A DNA stretch of 64,000 nt, from positions 27,835,648-27,899,647 of the forward strand of contig NC_092673.1 of the NCBI RefSeq assembly GCF_964355755.1, given 5' to 3'. The notes beneath the pieces were generated by a model, which was given only the letters and a program-made list of their open reading frames with translations, was not told the origin of the DNA and searched no databases. The DNA is from Antedon mediterranea (lineage: Eukaryota > Animalia > Echinodermata). The translations under genes and the position numbers were made by a program. Below, one piece after another: positions 53,901 to 64,000 of the stretch; within the stretch, counting starts at the first letter, position 1, and each line of letters starts with the position of its first letter.

Positions 53901-56900
53901 AAGAGAAAATTTTCATCAGCAAAATTGTCATAGAATTTTTACAGAAAAATGTTGATCTTGATTCTGACTATGAGGACCTTGTCAATAAAATTCAAGTAAG
54001 AAAAAATGATGAAATGTGTGATAAAGATGAGAAAATATGATGAAATGTTAAAACATAAAGTGCCTTGAGGATAAAAGTCTGTGATGGTGATGAAAATGTC
54101 AAACATGGAAGAATGAGTGTAAATTGTAAGCAATGAATATTTTGAATATGCTGGTTTTGACATTGATATTTTAACTCTAAAGCTGTCTACACTATCAAAC
54201 TAGTTTGACAAAAAAGTGTGATGTGCCCAAATATGGTAGTGATATGACATCATCATGTCGATATATGGGCACATCTCATCATTTTGTCACATAAAGTTTG
54301 ATAGTGTAGACAGAGGTTAAGGTGAAAGATGAATAGAGTTTCTGTGTGTCTGATTGTTGTACTATATAACAAGATGATGTGTTGAGAAGACAATGATGGC
54401 TTGGCTCAGCCTCTTGACAAGAGCCTTACTCTTTCTAGCATCATTACAATCTTCTTAATGTAAATGTACCCAATATCAATTATTATTATATATAAAGTAG
54501 AAAACAGCTTGTATTTATTCATTCTTAATTTAGACTACTGTACCTCCTGATGGTTGCAGCAGTTTCACAGAGGACTCACTTCTTCGCCACGCACAGTTTG
54601 TTGTAGAACAGGTATATCAGCTTTTTATATTCATAATAAACGGATCAAAAATCAATCAAATAAATTGTTATTCTATAAGACTTAAGGTTATGTATAGAAA
54701 CATTATGAAAAAGGGAACAGATAGATGGCTGAAGAAAATATGGACAAAAATGATGACTTGAAAACAATAAATTAATTATTATATATTAAATTACAACGAG
54801 CCTACTTGTAGTAGAACAGGTTATGTCTAAAGCTCTATCTACACTATCAAATTTGAAAAATGTGATGTGCCCAAATATGGTAGTGCTATGACATCATCAT
54901 GTCCATATGTGGGCACATCACACTTTTTTTGACAAACTGATTTCATAAGTGTAGACAGAGCTTTACAACCATGAAGCGTATTGATGAATAAACAAATAGA
55001 TATTTTCAGTCTATGGTGAATAATAATATATTGGGCTAGTGATTATCTGGTCTCGTCTAGACTCACTTAAATCTTCATTGTATAACTTAATAATGTTTTA
55101 TCCTATCATAGGTTGAAAGCTTTGATGAAGCGGCAGATGAAGATGAAACCCTACTGATTACCACGCTGTGTATGAGAGACTTGATCAAATTGGCTGGTGT
55201 CACTCTAGGCAAAAGGTAATTTACTTTGCACTGTTTTTCCGATGAAAGACAAAAAACGACTGGTCATGGCAACAGTGTAAAATATAATATGGCAGTTGCT
55301 TATTATATGCTATGTCTCCGACTCCGATAATTAAATGAATAACACTTCAAATATAACGATTGGATGGCTTTTATTCTCACCTCTGTATCTCCTACTCATT
55401 ATTCCCCCGGTGCTCCCTCCATAATCTCTCTTATCTCCACTATCGGATGTTATGTCTCACAGGGAGGGTTACGATAGTATTATAATCTTCAACATCATTG
55501 TTTTACTTCTAAAAAATGTTATCAGAAACTGTGCCTCTCTGCTTGGCAGATTAATTCCATATTTCATCGTATTTAAAAAACGCATCATTATTACAAATCA
55601 AAGGTACTGTTACTATCACTGTGAGTGTGAGGTTATGAGGTAGATTTAAACCAAAGTAGTGTTTTTAGTGCTTAACTAGGACACTGTGAAACATAGTTAC
55701 AATGGTTCCTCACAAAGGATATAGTCCTTATGTGAATTCCAACCTGTGACCTCTCGTTGACAAGACCAGCATCATAACCATTAGACTACAGAGATTTAAT
55801 TCTTGAAAACATGTTATTGCCTTTCTGGAATTTTGCATTTTGTTTTCTTGTTCAACAGACGCGCTGCCCGAGGTGTATCACTAAAGAGACGAAAGGAGAA
55901 ACAGGAACCTGTTCGGGCTACAGTCACGCCTCTCGTATGCAACATATTCGATATGTTGTTCCCGGATGAGATGTTAATGGAGAAAGGATCGGCAGGAGCC
56001 CGTAGACATCGATGTGGGATGTGTGATGTAAGTATTTATTTTATATAAGTCCAAAGGCATATTACTGAAAAAATGAGAATGATGTGGTATCAGTGGCTGG
56101 ATCTCAATGGAGATACAAATAAAATATACACTGAAAAAATGACAATGCTATGGGTATCAGTGACTGGATCTCAATGGAGATACAAATAAAATAAGCAATA
56201 AAAAAATCAAAATGATGTAAAACAATGAAAGTGCTTGCAGAGAAATTAGAAATATTTATTAAGAATAAGAAATATTTATTTTGTGTTTTAATAAACAAAG
56301 GCTTAACACAAGACTGTCCAGATTCACATACAGATCATTAGGAAACTGCGTTCTCCAAACATTTATCATTATTATGTTATTTTGTAGAAATGTCAACTGC
56401 CAGATTGTGGTAAGTGTACAGCATGTAGAGATAAAGTAAAGTTTGGAGGTTCAGGAAGGGCTAAGCAAGCATGTATTAACAGAAGGTAACATAACAATTA
56501 TTACACAATTCAATCTACATTGCTGTTTTAAATCAATTGAAAGAGGCTAAAGCAAGGAGGGAGTTGGGTGGAGGGAATGAAGTAGTAAAGCGCAACGCAA
56601 GTAATTTGGCCAATAAAAACACTTGTGATTTTGATTACTTTTTTTTCGTATTTTGTATTTCTTATTTTCAAAATATGCACCTTTGTATAAGTGTGCCACT
56701 GATTTAAAAGTGTAAATCAAATTAATGATAAAAAAAAATATTTTTCAAATAAACAAAAGAAACATTTCATACACTTTAATTCACCCTGCATATTTATTTA
56801 ATAAATTTCTTCACATCCATAACTTTTTTTATATAAATGTAGATGCCCAAATATGGCAGTGCAAGAAGCGGAAGACAATGACGAAGTTGAGGACATTGAT

Positions 56901-59900
56901 AAGGAGAACGTTGAAGCACAAAAGAAAAGGAAATGGAAACTTGGATCACCACTTAAGAAAAGAAAGGTATCATTGGAAATATATCAATGATGATACATTG
57001 TCTGAACGATATTAACAAATTAATCTAAGCTTTGTCTACACTATCAAAATTTATGCGACAACAAAACGTGATGTGCCCATATATGGACATGCTGATGTCA
57101 TATCACTACCATATTTGGGCATATCACTACCATATTTGTGCAGATCACACTTTTTTTGTCAAACTAGTTTGATAGTATAGACAGACCCTTAGAAAAATGT
57201 TAAATTGAATTTTTATTATGAACAATTTTCTACAAAAACTAGATTACAGACACTTTAATATGCAAATTCTAAAATGTTTTTTTTTTTCAGACCAAGGTGA
57301 TGTGGAAAGACGAATCAGTATCAGCTGAAGATGATCGTACATATTACTCATCAGTCTTAATTAATGATGAACAGGTGATTATACTATACAGCTATTGCCT
57401 GCTTGGAGGTGCAGTATTACATTTTGAGATCCTCCGAGGGAATTACAGTATCTTTTTCTTAAAGATGTATTGTCCTCCTGAAAAATAATTTTTAACATTT
57501 TTGTTGTTGAATATGCCATTTTAATTTCACGTTAAAGTTGTCCACTTTGTCCAAAAATTGGATCTAAACAAACTTTATTTACCTGAAAAAATGTAATTTA
57601 AAGCAAAAAATGGTCAAATTGGCTGGCAAATGTAATTCCCACAGAGGTTATTTAGATAGAAAAGTAAATGTTTTATTACATTGCCAAACATAGAAGCAAA
57701 TAGTTAGTACCTAAGCCTAGGCTTAGACACTCTCTTTTGTACACTGACTTTCTTGTGGCCACAACCATTTGACAACCCAAGAGTTTTAGAGGTTATTTTG
57801 TTATTAACTTGGTTTTGTTATATTATCTTGCTAGGTTGATGTTGGTGACTGCGTTCGTGTAAATCCTGACGATCCGAGCAAGCCGTTGTTTTTAGCGCGT
57901 GTGATGTCAATGTGGCAGGAGGCAGAAAATGATGAACCTATGTTTCATGCTCAGTGGTTTCTGTAAGTTAGTTTATTTATGTCTTTATCTTTACACTTGT
58001 ACCCCTTTCACACCAAAAGCAAAACCCTGGAGACACTACGGAGTTGACGCCCCGCTGTTTGGTGTGAAAGGTAAAATCAAGCAACTCCGGAGTTTAAAAC
58101 TGCGGGGTTGAACAGCTGAACATTCTCCGGAGAGCGAACTGCGGGGACACCCCGGTGTTTTGGTGTGAAAGGTACCAACATCAAACTCCGGAGTGTTTCG
58201 AGTCAAAAGGTCATCCTCACACGATCACTCATTGCTTTAGTTTTATTTCAAAATACTTTAAATATTTGTAAAAAATATATAGCGGGTTTAAAAAATAATA
58301 AGTAGTATTAATAAAACATTATATTACTTCTGAGACTTTTGAAAGTAATTATTAAATTAAAAATATTGTTAATTAAAATTATTCTAATGATCGTCGCTAT
58401 GTAAACAAACAACATAGAGGGCGACATTTACAATTTTATTTTATAAACCCCGGTGTTGCTAGGTTGGTGTGAAAGGGGTATCTCCGGAGTTTCTCGACGT
58501 TTTGAATGGTCATAAACCCCGGGGTGTCTCCAGAGACACTCCAGAGTTTTGGTGTGAAATGGGTATTGGTGTAGGCCTACTATTACTGCTCTCCAAAAGT
58601 CCAATACACCCCACAAAACAATTTATATAACAAGAAATATTTCTTACAAAAAACGCCGCTCGACATTTTAAAATTAATCCTTGTTCCTTCTTCAGATATA
58701 TTAAATGATTAATTATATCAATTATTTTTGTTTCAAAATCAGTAGTGGCCTACTGTACAGAACAAAAATATAATCATAAACTTAACTAGAGTATATGTAT
58801 GTACATATTCCAGGGTAGAAGCATTACCTTCCTATGACCCGGCCCATGTAGTCCAGTATAAAGCTTCTTATTGATTATGTCAATGTTATTGTTATCTCTA
58901 GGTTTTTAGCTGGCTAGAGCAATGGCGCAAAAACTGATACATAGAAAGAAACACCATGGATCACATGTATCTATTGTAATTATTCTAAAGCTCTGTCTAC
59001 ACTTATCAAACTATTTTGACGAAAAAAGTCTGATGTGACCAAAATATGGTAGTGGTATACCCAAATATGGTAGTGGTATACCCAAATATGGTAGTGATAT
59101 GACATCATCATATCCATATATGGGCACATCACATTTTTTTGTTGCATAAAGTTTGATAGTGTAGACAGAGCCTTAAACCCTTTTGAATACCTTTACAGAT
59201 ATGGATCTGAGACTGTGCTTGGGGAGACATCGGACAATCTGGAAGTCTTTGTTGTTGACGAGTGTCAAGACACATATCTAGGCTCAGTCAATTCCAAATG
59301 CCAGGTATGTGCTATTATAATTATGTTTTCCTAAAACAAACAACCGTAGTATAATGCACAAAGCACAACCGGCTCAGCTGCAGTGATTAAGTTCAGTTAG
59401 GTTGGCCCTGGTCTCCCCAATTTCATTTTTTTTTTATGTATATAGTGAAATAGAAGTCCTGTATTATTCTTTCTATTATATTTACTAAACATTTCAGATC
59501 TATTTATATATTTTTATATTAAATTCCGTCCTAGAATATAGTTGATATATACAAAAGATCATCTAATTGAAATCAAAATAGCAATCAGTACCTTGTGTTT
59601 GAACAGAGTATATCTAGACCATGACATTTACAAAACAAAAACATAATTCCACATCCGAATATATATATGTCTAAAAGCCCATTTACACTAAGACGATAAC
59701 GATTGACGATAAATAAACAAAATAATTTTTATAAACAAAAGAAATATAAAAACTGTTCATTCTAGAACTATAGAATAATCATTTATGCTGTCTTTGATGA
59801 AAATGATATTTTCACACTTCCAATCAAATGACGTCAATAATATCGTGACAATTTGATTTATCATGACGTCATTTGATTGGAATTTTAAAACCATAAATGA

Positions 59901-62900
59901 TTATCCTACAGTTCTAGAATGAAAACATTTCAAATTTCATTTGTTTTATGTAAAAAAAATGCATGCTTATATATTTATCATCGATTGTTGTCGTCCTAGT
60001 GTAAATGAGCCTTAACACTTTGACTGCCAAACACGAAGATCTTCGTTTTTGGAAACACAACGCTTGACTGCCAAACACAAAGATCTTCGTTTTTCGCGTT
60101 TTTTTTACGAAATCCGGTAGATAGGTTAATTATTGGTATATAGTATAAATATGAACACTATATTCAGTCTGGACCGTCAATATTTTACAATTTGAAAGTA
60201 ACTAATCTGGTTACGAACGATTGTCAAAATGGTACTACCTGTCGAAATAACAAACACCGCGCATCACAGTAGCGTGTAGAGCGATGGCTTGGCGCATTGT
60301 GTATCGGTCGCGCGCTAGCTATGCCGCCGAAGCATTAAGGTTTTTGTGGATTGACATGTTTGTTTGTTATCTGAATAAAAAATAATGGAGTCATTTTCAA
60401 TATGAAGTCTTTAATTTTATTATTGTATGTATACCCTAATTGTTTTGGTGTTTTACTGAAAGTGACCGAGTTTCACGTAACAAACTTGTTTTGAAATGGT
60501 ATGGATATTATCATCAGTTTACTATCTAGGCTAGTAGTACTAGGCTAGCCTAGGCCTAGTCGTAAAACGGTTCCGGACCAACTTTAGGCCTGGTTTAAGG
60601 CCTGGTGCCTTTACTATGTGGATTTTGGCGAAAGATTGATGTAAGATTTATGATTTATAAAATGTAATACATTTTTCGATAGTGATAACTTGTTTTTATA
60701 GGCCTATCGGTGCCGTGTAAGTTAACTTTTTCGTTGTTTGTTGATCTCACTTGGCGATATTTTCCTATTGTGATGTCTTGCACAAAATCGCGAATATCTC
60801 GACTTTCTTGCGCGAAACTACGAAAAACTCAAAAAGTGGGTTACTTTAATTTTACTATTACGATTTACATATTGCGATTTAAAAATCGTTCTTGGTACCA
60901 TTGTAAAGCTAAAATCTTTATGATTATTTTAGTCTAAATTACATATAAATCAGATCACACACATGGTTTCAATCAGCTTTAATAAAAACATCGAATTGGG
61001 CTAAAAACGCTGGCAGTGGCAGTTTCTAACTGGAAAAACCTCTGGCAGTGTTAAAAGCCTGTTTTTGCTGAGCAAGAATAATTGGTTATTAACCGATTAT
61101 TTTTTTCATTGATTATTTTTGGGCTGCAGAAACGGCGCAAAATGACATAACCTCTAGTCAACTCGTTAGTGAGTATAGCAACTCTCACTCACAATGCATG
61201 CTGTTTATTTGCGAGATCGATGATCAGCAAAACAATGATGTGGACGGATAAGATAACATGTGATTGTTATTTTTTTGTGGGGGAGAATTATACTATACCG
61301 AGAGACTCCAGGGGAATAGAAAGGATTCTGCATTTACTTTTGGCGTACATCCCACCAGTCCAGGCTAATGATGTTTTGCATGTCCTTTTTTAGGCCTGTC
61401 GTTTTTGGTAGCTGAGATATGTAGGCTAGCTAGTAGTAGAGTAGTATCAGCTCTGTCCACTCTATCAAACTAGTTTGACAACAAAGTGTGATGTGCCCAA
61501 ATATCTTAGTGATATGCCCAAATATGGTAGTGATATGACATCATCATGTCCATATTTGGGAATATCACATTTTTTTGTCACATAAAATTTGGTAGTGTAG
61601 ACAGTTGAGCTTTAGAAATAATAGTCACTTTTGGCATATTTATTGTGTTATGTGCAGAGGAGCATAGCGGTTTGATTAAACTTTATAACAATAGTTCATT
61701 TTTGCTCATAATAAAAGTCCATTTCAAGCAAGATTGACTTGTAATTTGATATCTCTTCCTATGTATCTCATTTCTATGTAATCTCTTAGCCTTAGCCTGG
61801 TGTTGACTGTGTTGGTAAGTTCAATGATCCTTATACCCTAGGGCAATTTAAAAGTCCTGTATTTTTCTATTATACTCTATTATATTTACTAAACATTTCA
61901 GATCTATTTACATATTTTTATATTAAATTCCTTCCTAGAAAATAATGATATAGACAAAAATCATCTACTTGAAATCTGATAGGAAATCAAAATAGCAATC
62001 AGTACCTTGTTTTTGAACAGTGTATATCTACCATACCATACATATACCATGACATTTACAACACAAAAACATAATTCCACATCCGAATATAAATATATCT
62101 AAAGGCTATTACACTAGGATGATACGGATCGACAATAAATAGACAAATATGCATTTTTCATACATAAAACAAATAAATAAAATATAATAGTTAATTATAT
62201 CTCAACCGTAATTGTAATAGTAAATAACGATTATTTTATTTACCTCACGTTTCGCCAACTATCTTATGTCACCATTGACCTCTAGATGAGGGTTAACACA
62301 TTGGTCCGCACTGGACTGAGTTTGTAACCGCCCTCATCTCTATTAAAATTGGGGGTCTTCCTTATCCAGATGGATTCCTTAACCCAGCGTCTTAATCTGA
62401 CCAATTCCCTGTCAACTACTTTCAAATAGTGCCCAATTTTCGTCCTGTTTCACCGATATACAATCCTCACCGCTCAGTATTACAGATTGCGTATACAAGA
62501 TCCCCTGTGCTGGTTGCAACAGATCGTATATCGGTGAGACAGGACGAAAATTGGGCACTTGACTACAAGAACACCTAAAGGATGTTGATTTGGTCTCGGA
62601 ACGAGCGTACACACGATCGCACATATTTTTGGTCTGAGCTCTGACAGTAATCGTTTTTTTAAATTTTTTATTCTTTAAATCTTGCAGATTATCTACAAAG
62701 AGCCCAAGCCAGATTGGTTTATGATAGGCGGAATTGAAGACTTTAACTCTGACCGTGTTATTGAGAAAGACGATGGCAAGACGTTCTTCTATCAGAAGCT
62801 GTACGAGCCTACCACTGCACGTTTTGTTGATGTCCCCAAAACTAATAATACATCAGGAGTGCCTGATTTCCGGTTCTGCCCATGTTGTATAAGACTTAAA

Positions 62901-64000
62901 CAACAAGAAAAGGTAAACAAATATTCGTTATAATTAGAAAGTTTTCCAGAATTATTAACTTTCCGATTAATTACACACCCAATCCAATTAGGCAGAAAAA
63001 TCTATTTTTCAATAAATTCAACAGTATTTTGGTTACGGTATCTAATAATTAATATATAAAACAAATTATTGTGAAAAGAAAAGCTTTTGTAAGAATGGTC
63101 TTTAGTAATCGTTATTCTGAAAAACCTTAGTATTGACTAATCCTTTATTCTTTAGGAAAACATGCCAAAGGCATTTGAGGAAGTGGACGTTGAAGACGGC
63201 GGTAATAACAAAACTTATTATGGGTGCGTTTACCACAAGTATTGTTATGTATTCATGAGTCAATAATGTAATTGTGTTAAACTGTATGCACTATTTTATT
63301 ACACACAATAGTTCAATCAGTTCAATAACATTTTTCTATAATCGCAAAGACAAGTAATACAAGAATAATAATATAACAATAAGAAACAGTAATACAATAC
63401 AAAAACCAGAAGAGGTAAATAAGAGAAAGGAATGTGCTCATTAGGGTTATGATTAGAAGTAAAAAACTTGTCTCACCATGACCCCAAGAGTTCACTAAAT
63501 GTCCTACTTACAGAGTTACTTAAGAGTTAATGTGAACTCTCTGTATGTACTATTTTATCGCATACAATTGTACAGACAGGATTCACCAAGTTGTAATACT
63601 TGCATAAAGAGTTAAAAGGGCGTTTGCAACAAACACGACAACGACTTGGAAACAATGTAATTCATACACAGGCTGGGAAGTAGTGCTTCCCCATAAAATC
63701 TTTACACTTTTTTGGTGTTTTCTAGGGGACTACCGACCACATATAAATAGGTCATAGTTTATTTTGTTTTAAATCAAAATCTTAAAGTCAACTGCTTTAT
63801 TTGATATGATAATAGTATAGATATTGTATTCACAAAGTTGTAACTGAAAATTTATATTGTAAGTTTGGAGAAAATTCTATATAAAGAATTCATGTGTTAC
63901 AGTATTGTTTGACATGTTATTTAAACTTCTTTTCTTCAGATGTTGTATGTTTGAAGGAGTTGAGTACAAGATATCTGACTCAGTTTACCTGAATCCGGAT
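47994..64000 (+). CDS. DNMT1: DNA (cytosine-5)-methyltransferase 1, N-terminal regulatory part; continues beyond window
   Basis: Exons: 47994-48046, 48941-48989 (GC donor), 49135-49196, 49547-49592, 49782-50167 (PIP-like QPSIAAMF), 50653-50790, 51322-51388, 51934-52017 ([14 protein letters not shown]), 52660-52769 (PQHKITNF), 52881-52999, 53229-53321 ([15 protein letters not shown]), 53838-53995, 54534-54611 ([16 protein letters not shown]), 55112-55215 ([14 protein letters not shown]), 55859-56027, 56388-56485 (CXXC ...[12 protein letters not shown]), 56843-56966 ([11 protein letters not shown]), 57291-57374, 57835-57962 (BAH1 FHAQWF), 59199-59304 (ETVLGETSD), 62688-62912 (GKTFFYQ), 63156-63223, 63940->64000 (BAH2 start). 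Confidence 0.96.
48145..48300. repeat. CTAG/TAGGCCTA low-complexity tract in DNMT1 intron 1
   Basis: Dense TAGGCCTAG, CTAGCTAG and TAGGCTAG runs. Confidence 0.7.
48605..48795 (+). mobile_element. LINE ORF2 fragment (L2/Daphne/Crack-like)
   Basis: [14 protein letters not shown]...[18 protein letters not shown], the typical pre-RT region of CR1/L2-group LINEs, with an in-frame stop. An adjacent (TCAA)n plus TTTATATAGCGCC L2-type tail lies at about 48463-48540. Confidence 0.6.
51437..51598. mobile_element. MITE family A copy
   Basis: Both TIRs present; internal CCAAATATGGTAGTGATATG repeat. Confidence 0.85.
52224..52610 (-). mobile_element. 5'-truncated LINE 3' end (Rex1/Babar-like)
   Basis: Minus-strand peptide [49 protein letters not shown] is typical of a CR1-group ORF2 C-terminus. 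AATAAA and a short (ATGACT) tail follow. Confidence 0.7.
56048..56215 (+). repeat. Dispersed repeat family (copies also about 12088-12200 and 19145-19340)
   Basis: Shared TCCAAAGGCA.ATTACTG.AAAA...GGTATCAGTGGCTG.ATCTCAATGGAGATACAAA. Confidence 0.75.
58000..58565. mobile_element. PIF/Harbinger-type non-autonomous element
   Basis: 3-bp TSD (TTG) and TIR TACCCCTTTCACACCAAAA / TTTTGGTGTGAAATGGGTA, with internal GGTGTGAAAGG and CTCCGGAG repeats. Confidence 0.8.
58989..59172. mobile_element. MITE family A copy
   Basis: Both TIRs and three internal AAATATGGTAGTG units. It ends about 26 bp before the DNMT1 acceptor at 59198. Confidence 0.8.
59675..60012. mobile_element. Harbinger-like palindromic MITE
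   Basis: TAA flanks; AAGCCCATTTACACTAAGACG ... CGTCCTAGTGTAAATGAGCCT; internal inverted TTCCAATCAAATGACGTCA / TGACGTCATTTGATTGGAA. Confidence 0.7.
60016..61050. mobile_element. piggyBac-like non-autonomous element
   Basis: TTAA on both sides. The left end CACTTTGACTGCCAAACACGAAGATCTTCGTTTT is repeated twice, and the right end has repeated TGGCAGTG units. The right TIR is imperfect. Confidence 0.6.
62230..62625. mobile_element. Penelope-like element remnant (GIY-YIG region) in inverted configuration
   Basis: The minus strand reads [37 protein letters not shown]. The plus strand reads [20 protein letters not shown]. The two parts are separated by a ~130-bp inverted-repeat insert (62428-62559). 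Confidence 0.65.

Larger units (their letters stand above)
59454..62150. repeat. Diverged ~280-bp direct duplication in a DNMT1 intron (59454-59730 vs 61852-62150)
   Basis: Shared AAGTCCTGTAT, CTAAACATTTCAGATCTATTTA, AAATCAAAATAGCAATCAGTACCTTGT and ACATAATTCCACATCCGAATATA blocks. Confidence 0.8.

Noticed and set aside
56440-56475. RAKQ instead of vertebrate RSKQ in the DNMT1 CXXC loop
   Set aside because: This is a conservative change at a position I recall as variable in invertebrates. All zinc ligands are intact.
168-62624. Most remaining 60-110 aa ORFs in the supplied track
   Set aside because: They fall in MITEs, introns or antisense to real exons, often have non-ATG starts, and show no recognisable motifs.

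Overview
This is AT-rich, intron-rich eukaryotic DNA from an invertebrate animal. An echinoderm or other ambulacrarian is my inference from the DNMT1 N-terminus and the repeat types. Most ORFs in the supplied track are spurious or are exon fragments. Three multi-exon genes lie on the + strand and can be spliced by hand through AG/GT junctions in continuous frame. (1) The 3' part of FIRRM/C1orf112 has 15 coding exons, <334-16986. (2) A complete EGFL7/8-like gene (signal peptide, EMI, EGF, cbEGF, C-terminal coiled coil) has 8 coding exons, 22843-44589. (3) The 5' part of DNMT1 (DMAP1-binding, PIP box, RFTS, CXXC, BAH1, start of BAH2) runs 47994->64000 and includes one GC-AG intron. A frameshifted B-box/coiled-coil/filamin/NHL (TRIM-NHL-type) pseudogene is nested antisense in the last FIRRM intron. 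Introns and intergenic DNA carry many small non-autonomous transposons: two abundant PIF/Harbinger-type MITE families, Helitrons, Tc1/mariner-, piggyBac- and Kolobok-like elements, SINE, LINE and Penelope remnants, and minisatellites. I see no convincing novel multi-gene system. The best leads are the nested TRIM-NHL relic, a near-perfect 149-bp inverted duplication, a CCAAT-rich MITE array upstream of DNMT1, a duplicated 'poison' splice acceptor in FIRRM, and a visible mosaic CpG/TAGGCCTA landscape.
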